From the NCBI GenBank assembly GCA_003971905.1, contig RSEE01000012.1:496001-560000 (forward strand): a stretch of DNA of 64,000 nucleotides. Reading direction: 5' to 3'. The notes under the pieces are model-generated. The model saw only the letters and a program-made list of their open reading frames with translations. It did no database searches and had not been told where the DNA came from. This DNA comes from Moniliella sp. 'wahieum'. Taxonomy: Eukaryota. Every line of letters starts with the position of its first letter. The first letter of the stretch is position 1. Positions 34,941 to 47,700 of this stretch are shown here, one piece after another. A program made the translations under genes and the position numbers.

Positions 34941-37590
34941 AGCCGAGGCGGCCGCACCCGCGGAAAGGCTGTGTATGCGCCGGCTTGGGGGTAGTAACGT
35001 GTCTGAAGCCTCCGGAGCTTAGGGACGGGTAGATGCTGTGGAGGACAAAGACTGCCAGGGCTGAAGCTGGGCGGGGGCGGCTGTGGGCGTAGCTGTGAAA
35101 GGAACCCACGCGATACGCTGTGGTAGAGCGAATCGACGCCGCTGAAGGAAGGCTCGCGTGACTGGGCGGATGGAAAGCTGGAGGACGAGGTTGGATGATG
35201 AAGATGAGGCAGCTAAGTGGAGACGAGAGGTTGCCTGTATTACTCAATCAATTGGTTGCAAACGGTCAGGAGATGGACAAGAAAGGCGGGAAGGAACGAG
35301 AATGGAAGGTGGAATAAATGATTCCCACTGACCGAGGATGCTGACTGTTAGTTGACCCCTTTTTGGTAACCTCCTTCTGTCTAAGCCCCATCGCACTGGG
35401 ATAGATGTTGACAGAGCGAAGCAGACGAAGCTGCTATAGAGTGCGACTTGGGAGCACTCGCGATCCTATGGATCACCTGCAAAGCAGCCTTCAGACAAGG
35501 CGTGAAGGCAAAGCTCAAGCAACATCTGAATTGAAGGGAAGGAGACAGGAGGGAGAGAAGGGAGATGAAGCGAGCAGGGCGCGCGCGCCCTGCAAGCGGA
35601 ACTCTTCCGCCCGGTTAAGTGAGCGTCGCCGATCCACCGAGGGCCGTGCAGGGGAACCCCAGTACTACCCTCCAACAGAAGCAAGCGAAGACTGCGAAGG
35701 CACTAAGAATGTCATCCGATAGCACTTCCTCGTAGCCCATGTGTGGTGTTGAGGCGAGTGGCTGGGCTGCACGTGCTATTAGGTCAGAACTTGGCATCGA
35801 GCTCTCTGTTTTATTAAAAGGGGGATTTGCGAAAAGCGCCGTACGGCCCCTCATGAGGAGACCTGAGGTCTGCATGAGGTATAAAGAAACGCTGCCCATA
35901 TACCAGGCTCGCTCATCAAACGTGCCCCGCTAATTCATGTGGCCCATTCGAGAGCTCAGAGGCGTTGCCAGCAGAGTATGATTATTAGGTTTCAGGATCC
36001 ATCTGCCAGTGGCTCAACATATATGTACCCCTCCACGCTTCCAGCAACCCTCCGCCGGTCAAGGCGAATGAACGTGGTAATAGTCTTGTCATGGGAGGAT
36101 CCCCGAGGGGGGACCCGTCTTTGTTGTTTAGGGGTACAAACCCTTGGACAGCCAATCGAAGCCACGTGTCACGGGCGGGCCCCGCCAGGGGAGCTCACCC
36201 AGGTTTGTGGGGTACAATGCCTTAAGACGGACGGACGACTCACAGTAGTGTCGGATTTGGGCTAGTTGGTAGATCTGAGCGGAGCGAGAGAGGGAGAGAG
36301 AGGCATTTGAGCGGGAAGCGGAGGCGGATGAGGTTGGTTGTGGCAAGCAACTGGTAAGGAATATGAACAGGATCGTCAATGAGGGCGACAGCTAGGGAAC
36401 CTTAGACAGGGCTGCTTATATACAGAGAAGCAATAAGGCCTCAAGCCTCACGAGAGGTGTAATAGGAATGCGGGAACTTTCTAGACATGTATAACAACTT
36501 ACACACAGCCCCGTACTCTCCAAAGCGCTGACGCGGTGCAGTCCAGCAGGTAAAGGGCTCTCCCAAAAGACTGGGTGCGACGGGCACAAAGCATCGTATA
36601 AAGATGATCCCATGCACCATAGCGGTCCGTGGAGGATATCTGCACCACTGATAAGTTGTCCGCTGAGACTCTCTTTCGCTAGTCTAATGGGACTGACGTG
36701 TGTTTGAAAGATATGTCTACTACACTCGGTGCTCTGCCTCCCGGGATAATTGGAGCGCCCCGGAGCACGTATATACAAAGCAGGGCGGAGGCGAAGGCGC
36801 TGGAAGCCAACAGACAGGGTGAAATTCACCAGTATCAGGACGTAATGATAGTGTGTGATCGTCTATGTGCAAATAAGGTCAGGCCGCAGGTATATATACA
36901 GCTCTCTCTATTACACAGGCGCGTCAGAATCAACAAAAGATCGAGGTACAGACGCGGCACACTTTGCAGAAGTATGAGCCCCAGCCGTTTTCAGTGAAGG
37001 GCCATGAGTCCTGATGGCCCTTGAGGGTATGCAATGCTACTAGTGGTTTCGGTTGTGATCAAATCCGACTAAGGGAATCTACTACAGAGGGAGGACAGAA
37101 AGGAGAGACAACAGTTGACACCTCGACCTGCGGAGGGGCAGACTGAGGGGACCTGTTTGCTAAACGCACGAGCCACATCCTTATGTAACTCAACACTCTA
37201 ACGACGTCATTTTCATCCGTCCTCTTCCCCAATTTCAAGCTCACAGGAACGTTGCTACCACAAAGTGGCACTATGATCCGTCCCCCCTTCTTCCACAAGC
37301 GTAAAGGCTTCAAAAACGCTTCCTCAGCGCCGTTGTGTTCTGCTGTACACTACGTTAATGACGGGACAGTGACAAATGGTTGTTCTAAACAAGGCGAGCT
37401 CAGTCTCGCCCTGGTTTTCCAGCTTTTGTATCCCGTGAGGAAAGGATCTTTTGGCCATATCCTCAACTTTGAGCCCCCCCCCCAAATGTCACGGAGATGA
37501 GCAAAATAAAAATTGAGAGGATCTTGTTGCCCGTCAGTCTATAAGAGTTGTTGGGTGCGTCGAGGATCATCCATCGGCGGTCTAACCCTA

Positions 37591-37720
37591 AGGATGGAGG
37601 ATGGAGGATGGAGGATGGAGGATGGAGGATGGAGGATGGAGGATGGAGGATGGAGGATGGAGGATGGAGGATGGAGGATGGAGGATGGAGGATGGAGGAT
37701 GGAGGGAGGATGGAGGATGC
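37591..37720. repeat. (GGAGGAT)n heptanucleotide tandem repeat, ~16 perfect copies plus degenerate tail
   Basis: Read directly from the sequence. Confidence 0.98.
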
Positions 37721-38086
37721 AGGATCGGTGGATGTAGACTCTGTATCTGTCGCATTGAAACGTGGGGACTAATCGGCTAATCGATCGCTAATCATTAAAA
37801 GCGTCAAGTGATTAATGATGATCGATCGAATGGATCGCCGCGCTCTGCTCTGCAGCGCTGCAGCGCCAATGCCCCCGGGTACCCTGGAGTACCAAGCAAA
37901 GCTTAACCATGGATGATCGATGACGCACACCGTGGCAAGTGAAGCACGAGGGCGCTGTTGCACCGCAGCTGGCCGGTGGGGGGTCACGCCTCACGCGTCA
38001 CACCTTCACCTTCTCCGATCCGACCACACTACCTCGCCGCAGCTCACCAAGCCGTCGCTCCCACCATCCCCTCGCCTTCCCACAGC

Positions 38087-39160
38087 ATGGCTACTGCCTC
38101 CGCCCCCCCCAGTGCTGCGCCCACCCTCCAGAACAATGCGCCGGTCGATCTCTGGGCTCTCATGGCGCCCGGCTATGTCCAGCGCGACGATGAGCCCCGC
38201 ATGACCTGGGCGCGCATCTTTGAACTCATCACCACCGGCAGCTTGGGCAACTTGGACCGGCAAGACTCGTGCCAGAACGAGTACGACGAGTGGGCGCGCT
38301 GGGTGCGCTCCCACGGCGTGTCTCTCGAACAGCTGCTCCGTCTTCGTCTCGGCTGGCCCGCCGAGGAGCTTCCGGCTCCCACTTCTGCCGATGGTTGCCT
38401 CCAGGTCCCTGCCCGTGATGCGCCCAATGTTCTGCCTGGAACGCCCCCCGAGTTCCCTCCGCCTAGCGCCGTCGCTGCCGATGCGTCTTTGGCTGGTGTC
38501 GCTACCCCGCCCGCCAAACCCCCTTTCTTGGTTCACACAGCTTCCGGCATCACAACCAAAATCGTTCCCAACGACTGGCCTTACGCTGTGCCCGACAATG
38601 CCCAGCACTGGGTCGTTTGGGCAGATGTTCCCATTGTGCACCCCGCCCTCTTTGCTGAGGCGCCCATTGATCCCGAGAACGAAGTGCCTTATCCTCCGAC
38701 CCCTGAGGTTGCTAATGTGCTGAGCCGCGACCGTGCAACGCCTATGCTGCCGTTGGCAGCGATGGCGTTCGTGGCCAGTGTGGGTGGGATCACCCGGCCA
38801 GTGACACCCCCATGATCGACCTTCAAGTAGTTGGGATGGCTACCTTGACCTATGCCCGCTCGGTCATCAATGCTTCGCCTGAACACTCGTCCCATTCTGA
38901 CCAGGAGAAAGAACAAGCTGCCCGTTCTCTAGCTAGCCAGCTGCAAGCCTGGGCGGGGCGGCACATCGAGGCCATGGTGCTGGCTAAGTTCCCTCCTGAG
39001 AAGTACCAGTCTGTTTGGTTTCTGCAACCCACCGCATTTGCGCACGGTGCCCGGACTAAGCCACTTCCAGTACGTCTCTTTTGCTTTCTCCCTGTTTGAC
39101 GATATGACGCTGACCGGGGGTCTGATTAGCGTGATTGCGGCTGCTCGGCCCAGTCCTTGA
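38087..39160 (+). CDS. DUF3605 (GIG1/YPL067C-like) family protein
   Basis: MTWARIFELITTGSLGNLDR..Y..W, KIVPNDWPYAVPDNAQHWVVW, C-terminal WF..P.HLRTVPGLSHF(H)V across an intron ~39070-39129. Confidence 0.85.
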
Positions 39161-39542
39161 ACTATTGAGCGCTAGGGGCTGACCCTGGCTGACCCCACTT
39201 TGCTCTTGCTTGCTCTTGGACTCTTTCGGCTACACGCTCCTTTTTTGGCCCCACCCAGCTCTCCCTACTTACTTTACTCATTTGGCACCCTTTCTTCCTC
39301 GTTCTGCACTTTGGTCCTTGTCTCTGCTCGCCTTGCTGTCCCCTCAATCCCTGCCATCACATTCCCTTCCTGCAATCTACAGTCATGCAAGTCATGCGAC
39401 TCTTGGTGTCTGCCCAATCTCTACTTCAATAAAAAATGAGAAATACTGCTACTCCTTTTGCGTGCAACCTTCACGTACGTATCGAGCCAGGCCTGCCAGT
39501 CCCGCCAGTCAGCCCCGCCAGCCAGCCCCGCCAGCCAGCGTA

Positions 39543-39673
39543 TCGGTGATAAGTTTTTGCCTCTCCAGGGCAGAACGGTGGAACGGTGGTTACGGTGGTT
39601 CCGGTGGCTACGGTGGTGAGCAGGCTGCGGCGAAGCCCTAGCAGAGCGGGCCGTAGGCCCGGTGGTCCCCTCG
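39543..39673 (+). mobile_element. Non-autonomous mini-Helitron-like element, copy 2 (131 bp)
   Basis: A|TCGGTGATA 5' end; GGCGAAGCC hairpin; CGGGCC-GTA-GGCCCG GTGGTCCC CTCG|T 3' end; no TSD. Confidence 0.75.
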
Positions 39674-39708
39674 TTTCATGATAACACCCTCGTTTGCTGT
39701 TCTCGACT

Positions 39709-41382
39709 TTATTCATCGTCCTCCAATGCGCGCGCATCGTCCTCGTCAGCATCCGGACGATGAAGCATCTGGGAGGCCAGTTCAAATGCCATGCTATCCT
39801 CCTCAAGCGTAGCCGGCTCAGGTTCAGGGGATTGAGAACCTTCGGGACGCATGCTCCTACGGGATCGTATCTCTGGCGCAGGAGTGGAGCCTGCCTGGCC
39901 GGGCGTAGATGAAGGAGAATGAGACAGACGGCTGTACCGGGACCGAGTTGGGCCAGTCATTGGTGCCGGCATCAGGACACTGGCTTGGCGACCTGGCTCC
40001 AAGCCCACTGGGATGACGCTTCCGCCGCGAGGAAAGAGGGAGAGGGAGCGTTCCCGCTCTGGCGCCAGCGTCCAGTCGCGTAATGCGGGGGTCGGAGTGC
40101 GTGCCCATCCCATCTCGGACGGTACCTGGCTGCCACCGCGGAACAAGGGCAGCCGCACCGACTCGCTCCTTCGGGCAAGAGAGGCAGCGATGGAGGCTTG
40201 CCGCACCCTCTCTTTCTCTTCGGCCTGCATGCGGAACCGGTTGCGCTCCTCGGCGTGTAGGGTGTGGCGCTCAGCTCTCTGCCTGTCTCGGCACGGCCCG
40301 CTGCGTCCCATGCTTGCTCCAACCTACGCTTCTTACTCGCCGGAACGGCCGATTGAGACCGGGTGCGAGCATCGGGCGGGCGAGATACCAGCCGATCCCG
40401 ATCCGCCTCCGGGTGGAGAAACTCATCGGCAAACAGATGGGGAGCCCGCTCGATGGAACTTCGCGTGGGCTCCACCACCACCACCAGCATCTTGCCAAAG
40501 ATCCCAAACCCACTGTACTTGACTCGCACCGCCGGCTTGATATCATCTCCTTCCTCCGCCACAGGCCCGGCAGGACCAAGACCTGCCGGAAGGGGCGCAG
40601 GGCCCGGCCCTTCTTCCGCGGCAGGGTCGTCGGTCAGATCAAACCCGGCATCCGGGTGGACATGATTGATCCCGACAAACATTGGCTCGTCGTCCTCTCT
40701 TCTCCTTAATTCGGAAGCGAGGCGCTGGACGCACACCCGCTTCCTTTGGATGGGGTGGGGGGAGCGTGTATCCTGCGCTTCAGCCTCCCGCAGCGCTTCC
40801 ATCTCATCATCTTCGTCCGCTTCCCCGCCTGTTTGTACTGGGTCCTGTGGGCCAAGGGGCATGGGAGGAGGCGATTCGGGAGTGGGGGCGTCTTGCGCAG
40901 GTGGGCGACGGGTAGGCTGGTACAGGACGTAATCCTTGAGCAGCACCGCGTGGCGCGAGGTAACCTTGCGGAAAAAATAGGCTACCTTAAAGTCCTCCGT
41001 GTGCTCTTGGTCCACCTTGGATGCTTTGGACGAGCTGGAGGCGAGGCCTTCGCGTTCCGAGGCCACTTCGGCATGCAGCTTGGGCATGATCCTGGTCGTG
41101 GGTCAGTCGTGCCATGCCAGCGGCAACAGAGAGGGGCGGAAAAGAAACGCACTTGGGACGGAGGAGATCCATGACAAGGGGAAGCACATTGGCACCCTCT
41201 TCGTTCATCCAGTCCAGGTGGCGCGGGTCGAGATAGAGCAGCATCTGGATCACGGTGCGGGGCGACGCACGAAGATAGTAGAGGTTGCGCTGCCCAAAAA
41301 CCAGGCCCGAAGGAATCTGGGCCGGGTCCAACCTGCCCACGTTTGCCCCGGCAATCTGGGTGGCAGCGATGGCATAGTCCAT
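39709..41382 (-). CDS. Hypothetical protein, probably a conserved fungal family
   Basis: YYLRASPRTVIQMLLYLDPRHLDWMN, intron ~41092-41152, IMPKL..., VAYFFRK..RHAVLLK, DIKPAVRVKYSGFGIFGKMLVVVVEP; acidic C-terminus. Confidence 0.75.
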
Positions 41383-41485
41383 GCGGCCTACTTGCCTGCG
41401 CAAAGGGGGGCTGGCAGTACTACTGGTGGGGCAGCTGTCTGTCTGGTGCACTGTTCCAGCTGGGGATAACTAAAGTGCCCTCGCC

Positions 41486-41610
41486 AAGCTTGAAGCTTGA
41501 AGCTTGATTCCGCCAATCCAACCCTACCACAGTTCTGAGGCCGCGATGAGATCACAGAGATGCCTCCGCTGTCACATGTGATGTTGATTGTCACACGTCA
41601 CATGTCACGG
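41486..41610. repeat. TNA/palindrome heptad arrays ~100-230 bp upstream of the ATG at 41382
   Basis: A AGCT TGA AGCT TGA AGCT TGA (41486-41507); TCA CATG TGA; TCA CACG TCA CATG TCA (41591-41607). Confidence 0.9.
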
Positions 41611-42303
41611 CCCTCCTAGCTAACTTAATCAGGTAACTCTTCTCTGCGCCGGTCCTGTTCCCTTCCCTCTACCAGTACATCTTTTGCTTCCCTTTTTGGT
41701 ACTTGGCTCTCTCAGATCTCACCGGGCATTTTCACTGGTTCCCAACGGAGAGCCTGATCAGTACCACCAGACCAACCTCATGCCCACCCCGGCCAAGACA
41801 CGCCTGCCCAGCAATTTGGGGGCCACACGCCCATGGGCGCCTTTACCCCCTGCCGTATAGCCAAGGGTGCGATCCCCTCTCTATCGGACGCCGCCTCCTT
41901 CGAGCATATTGTCAGTAAGTTGGCTACGTTCCAGGCGGACCGGGCTCGTGCCGCCGCGCCCCGGTGTGAGGGCCAGATTCCCTACTCGGTTTGATACTCT
42001 CTGTGCTTTTGATGATGCCAAACAGGATAGAGACAGCTATAAACTCTGCCCTGACCAAGTCCAATGAAACGAAGATATAGGCAGCTCCGCATGTGAAGGG
42101 ACGAAAAGCGAACGAGACACTAACGATGCAGAGATTGAGATTGCAGGATGAGCAAGAACATTAGAGAGAAACCTCGAGTTGTTCAGGCAAGACAAAAGGA
42201 GACGAGGGCATGGGGTGGGGGGGCAGGAAGACCCGGAGGCCAACCAGGGGGACACGCGAGGGTATAGGCCAGCCTCTCCTTTCGTGTGTGAAGAGCAAAG
42301 AGT

Positions 42304-43258
42304 TTAGTGCCACTTGTCGGGAACGTGGCCGGCCAGGTCGACAGCCGTGGCAATGTCCTTGGCAACATAGGTAGGCGTAATGGGCCGGTCGGGGCGGTCG
42401 AGCATGTCCTTGGAGGTAATGCCGGAAAGCACGAGACATTGGGCAAAGCCAGCACGCTGACCAAAGGGAATGTCCGTGTCAAGACGGTCGCCAAAGAAGA
42501 TGGCACGCTTCGGGTCGACGTTGGGCCCGCACAACACAGTCCAGAATGGGCTGGTGGGGCTTGCCAATCACGATGGGGTGGCGGGCCGGTCGAGTTGATG
42601 ATGGGCGCAACGGTCGCACCAGCCTCGGGCCATGGTCCACCAATGGCAGGAGTAGTGGTGTCCTCATTGGTGAGGATAAAGTGCACTTCGGGGTCCATCA
42701 CGTACTTGGCCGCTTTGGCCGTCTTGGCATAGTTCTGGTCAATGTCAAAGCCGACAATCACGGCACCCACCTTGGGGTCAATGACGCCAGGGGCAGCAAG
42801 GGCCTCAAAGGGGTGGTCCGAAGGCAGACCGGCGAGCGGTGGTGGGGGTCTTGGGTACCGCCAATGTGCTCCACGCCCTCGAGGTCGAGCTCGTGTTCAA
42901 TGCCCTCCATGCCGAGCACATACACCTTGTTGCGCTCCTGCTCCTTAATCTTGAGCACTTGGGACACGTAGACCGCAGCAGCGTAGGCGGACGAAATCAT
43001 CTCGTCCTCATGCACCTCGATGCCGAGCTTGGCAAACTTCTTGAGGTACGTGGCGCGGGAGACGGAGGCATTGTTGGTGACAAAGAGCACCTTCTTGCCC
43101 TGAGAGCGCAGGTAGGCCAGAGCATCAGCACTGCCAGTGATGGGGGTGTCGATGCGGTAGAGGACACCGTCGCAGTCAAAGACGAAGGTGTCGTACTTGG
43201 CCAGCAGCTCGGAGGAGAAGCCGTCCTTGGAGAGGTGGAGAGTGTGGTAGGCGTCCAT
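42304..43258 (-). CDS. PHO13: HAD class IIA phosphatase (p-nitrophenyl/phosphoglycolate phosphatase)
   Basis: YDTFVFDCDGVLY (motif I), LFVTNNAS, AVIVGFD, FILTNED, VIGKP, FFGDRLDTDIPFG...LVLSGIT. Confidence 0.92.
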
Positions 43259-43337
43259 GATGCAGAGGAAAGCAAGCGGCGGCGCGGGTGGGGGTGGGTG
43301 GAGAAGAAGGAGGAGGGGAGGGGCGGGGGGGGGCTGG

Positions 43338-43345
43338 TTTATATA
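43338..43345 (-). promoter_or_regulatory. Putative TATA box of the PHO13-like gene
   Basis: TATATAAA on the minus strand ~80 bp upstream of the ATG, followed by a C/T-rich leader. Confidence 0.5.
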
Positions 43346-44010
43346 GGTAGCGAGGAGCAGAGGGTACGGCATGGCAGGGCTGCTGCTGGGCCTTGTATAA
43401 CCACAGCCTCCTGCGTCGCTGTGCCACCCTCTGCCCGCGACGAGACGCGGGTTGATAATCTGAGGTTGTGATGTCATCGATGCACCTGCAGATTGATCAT
43501 CGGTCATCGCGCCCATCCGTCCAATCAGACAGGGCATCGTAGCTGCAGGTAAAACCGACGCGGAAACCGGTGAGCTTCCAATTAGACGCGTAGGTCGCGG
43601 TGTCGAAATTGAAATTGCATCAGCCCCCTGCTTTCACCAATCCGGCTTCCACGCAGCGGCTGGCATCGCGCGGCGAGTGCATACGCAGCCCACGGGGGCA
43701 GTGTGTGTGGCTGGGGGCTCGTGCTGCGGGCGTGGTTGCCCCGAGAGCCGAGCTGGCCGAACGTCCAGCGGCCGAGTTGGCGTGCCATGGGGCACAATTT
43801 TAGTTTGAAATTTGATTCCCGAGCCCCAGCGACACGCGTGGCGTCACGCGTGCATGGGTCTTATCCACATCTCGACGGTTGACTAGTGCTTAGTGATTTA
43901 TGTCCTTTGATTAATTTGAGCTTTCCACCACAGCCGCCGGGTGGGAACGCATCATGCATCGCCTGTACTCATCGATCCTCTACATCGCTCTGGAGTGGGG
44001 CCAGCGAGCG

Positions 44011-44580
44011 TCATGCATCACATGTATCATGCGTCACGTGTCACGTGCCCCTGTCACTAGTGAAACGGTGGCCGCAAACCGGGACCCAGCGCAGCACCAT
44101 CGTGCCCGTCCGGCCCATCGTCCGGCTGCCCCCGTGCCCATCGCGGCCACCAGCGGGTGGGCCACCCAGGAAAAACACTGTTTGCGAACACACCCATCGC
44201 CGCCTACCAGCCCTGCCCCATCATGTGCATCATGCATGCATGCTATTGCCAGCCGCTTGCATTGGGTCAGTATAAGCAAGGACTCAGCGCGTACTCAGCA
44301 AAAGCTTTCTCTTACAGCTCGACCGCGGCTTTCACCATCTGGAGGAGCTTCAATTAAAGCCTGAAGCTTGAGGCTCGAGGAGCTTAACGCGTAACGCGTG
44401 ACGCGTGATGCGCGTTTCAACACGACTGGGTCCGCCAACCGGTAACTCCAAAGAGCGCAGTATCTGGGCCCTACCAGGCCCCACCACAGCGGTCACTCTA
44501 ACCCTAGCTGTGAATGGCCACTCTACCCACACCCACTCATAGCGTGTGACATGTGACATGTGACATATGACAGTCACATG
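44011..44580. repeat. Cluster of TNA/palindrome heptad arrays upstream of the PHO13-like gene
   Basis: TCA TGCA TCA CATG (44011); TCA CTAG TGA (44054); AGCT TAA CGCG TAA CGCG TGA CGCG TGA (44381-44408); TGA CATG TGA CATG TGA CATA TGA (44547-44570). Confidence 0.9.
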
Positions 44581-44759
44581 CGACACGTGGCCGATGCGTT
44601 GATCTGTTGATCATGTTGATTGCAAGTGGCATAGCAGCGTACAGCCTGGTATTCGCCATGGCACCCATCCTGCATCCTGCCCATCCCTGTTTTCCTCTCT
44701 GGGCGCGCAATCCCGGTAAGATCTGAGATACAGAAGCGAATTATGTGCTGGGGTTCCAC

Positions 44760-47700
44760 TACAGGAACGCCTTGACACGATTGTAGAGCCAAAATGCCAT
44801 TCCAACAGCTCTTTTTAGCCAAAGCAGAAAGTCGTGGCCAAACGAAAGTGGCCTGGGTCGTAGGGAAAAAAAAAAGCCAGTCCGCGAGTAGAATCCACAA
44901 GGGTGGGCAGGCGTCGGCGGCCGTTCCAGGAGGCCTGAGCGCAGCCCGGCCTCAAGCCCTGAAACCAGACGCCTCACAATACATAAATCGTAAGCACACA
45001 GTAGAGCCATCTGCATCATCGAGACGATCACTTTATCACAGTGTAAAAATGCGGCACAGAGGAGACAGCCACTGCGAACCAACCACCAATAAAACGAGAC
45101 TGCGCTCCCAACCGATGCAAGAGAAGAACGCATATCTCCATTTGAGAGAGGCAAAAGGAAAGGGACCCACAGGCGGGGGGACACCACGGTCCCAAACGCC
45201 CTTGTCCCGCCATGATGCTGAGCTTGGCATCACATCCGAGAAGCAGCGTGGTGGGCCACCACCTGCGCCCGCATCTTCTGATCAGCCTGGTTGAAAGCGA
45301 AGAGCATCTCGTCAAAAGACTTGTGGCCAGATGGGGACGATAGGGGACTGGAAACGGGCGCCGAGGCGATCACGCGGGCCAATGGTGGGCTCAGGGAGAG
45401 GGGCATGTTGCTCAACAGCTTTGGCGCGAGGTCCCTCCGCTGCGCCTTGTCCGCCATGCTGGGTAAGGAAGGGCGGGCCAAACCTGCACCGTCTAAGGGT
45501 ACCTCGGGCGTGTGGGAGCGATCCGGGGCCGTCTTGCTCGTCAAAGGTTCGGCAAATGTAATGGCCATCCTGGCAACAAGAGAGCTCATTTGTCCCTCCT
45601 CCTCCACGGCGACGGGCGTTCGAAGTTCAATGGTGCCAGGGCAGGAGGATTGCCCAGGAGTGGGGATGGAACGTCATCAAGCGACTCATGCATCTCGCCC
45701 GCAGTGTGGACGGAGCTGGCCTCGGTTACCAAGCGAGGTGTGAGACTCTTGTAGATGGTATCCTGGGTCCCGCCACCATTCCAGTCGGGGCTCGATGGGC
45801 CGGAGGAATTGGTGCTGGGGGGGAGAAGAAGCTAGACGTCGCCTTACTTGGCCAGGAATGGGTCGGCGTACCCGATCGGCTCGGGAGCAGGCTGGTATAT
45901 ACACTTCGCCGCTGGGGAAGGTGTAAGGGAGGCGGGCGCTTGGTGTGGCGCTCCATCCATCCGTTGTATACCGAAGCGAAGTCCGCCCACGGTAAAGAGC
46001 CAGAACGTTGGGAACGACCGGCCTCCTCGTTCAAAGGGAGAAGAATGGGTTCGCTCAAGCCCAGCGGAGAGCCAAGAGCGTCCCCCCCGGAAAATAGGGG
46101 AGTGACCGGGCTGGGCGAGACCGTTCGAGAAGCAGGCTGGGAAAGAGAGGGTGTGCAGACTGTCTCTTTCTCTTCTTTGGTCCCTACCGTGGCCCACTTC
46201 TGACTGTTGACAGGTGGACAGGGGAACGGGGCCTTGGACGCAGAGTAGGCGGTAGTAGAACGAGCTCGAAGCAATTGAAAGGAAGGCAAGCGAGGCTTAG
46301 AGAAAGAAAGGGACGAGGACCGCGTGCGGACTCGGATGCGTCGCGAGGGTTCATGCTGGCTCGTTCGCGGAGAGGTCGAGGACACAGGTTCCTTGCCCGT
46401 CCCCTCGACAACGGCTCCAGGGCTACTCGGAACCTCCGGAAGCGGTTCGTCGGCCATCTGCTCCATCTCATCGGATGAGGAGTGGGAGGGGCGAGATGAC
46501 CGTGGCCCGAAAAAGAGGGGGTCGGAAGGACCCTTGTCGCAGTGGATTGCAAACCAGAGGAGGCAAGGTGATTCCGTCCTGAGACTCCGAGTGGTGAAAT
46601 GAAGGACATGCAAGGGGAGAAGTGGGTATCCAACCCACCGCTGAAGAAGACCGGGATCGCACAGGGTGATTCAACCCTGGTCGAGGTCGAGAGCGCCAGC
46701 CCGTAGTCAGTCGGGTAAAGAGACTGCCACTGGTGGGTCCTCCGCTGGGCGGAGTAGCACTCATAATAGAAGCATCTGATCCCTCCGTTCTCATAGCGGA
46801 GCTCTTTGCCTCGACCCTCGATGACTCCTGATGGCCCCCGGGGTGGTTCCAGACCCGTTCGAGGCAAGTGACAGGGCGGAGCTGAGGTAGCTCAAGCCCA
46901 ATGCGACACCCATCCCTGACCCCCCCCGGGAAGGCGGGGATGCAGAAAAAGCGGAAGCGTACGGTGAGTGAGGAACGGAAATAGAAGGAGATCCTTGACT
47001 TGGACTAGCCGTTTGCACCCCCGGCAATGCCCATCGCGCTAAGGACAACGAGTCTGGCCTTGATGGAGGAATGAAATAAGTGTTGGCCACATACAGCTCT
47101 TGTCGGTTAAAGGGAGTGTGATGCACCTTCTCTCCGATCTTGTTCTCGTCGGCTCGGGCGAAAATGCTTTTTCAGGTGGATCTGTCCGGCGACGGGAGTA
47201 GATATGCTGTCCTGAGGGAAGACCGAAACCAAAGTCGGGAAAAGAGGAATCGACGCTTTGCGAAAGGGCGTGCTTTTTGCGGCCAGCAGATGAATTTGTT
47301 GGGGCGGTAGGGGCTGCATCAAAAGAGACATGCGTGTGTGCTCCTCTTGTCCCTGGTTGCGGTTAGTATGTTCAAGAGTGGGAATGTTGACTCGGGGAGT
47401 ACGCTGTTGCGAGGATAGTCCAGAGTCTGTCCAGCTCGGCAGTTCGGCAAGCTCCACCTCGGTTACTTGGGACGCCGAGGCAGTCCGACTAGACCGGTGT
47501 TGGGAATGCGAGGAGGAGCGGGGGCGACAGCGAGAGTGATGGGACGAGCTTCGCTGTCGATGGCGTTTTTGATGGCGCTGTTGGCTGGAGGCGAGCGACC
47601 CGGGTGGAGAGGAGGTGGGGACGCTCTTGGTGCGATGCTTAGCCCTATGCTTGTGGTTCTTGTGTAGGTGGGTGGTGGGGCGGGGAGAGGAGCTGGTCGA

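Noticed and set aside
35615..35899. FANPPF as an adenine methyltransferase / DIRS-element motif
   Set aside because: Single short motif with no supporting MTase, RT or recombinase context.
37513..37772. ORFs with MEDGGWR repeats
   Set aside because: They are simply translations of the (GGAGGAT)n repeat.
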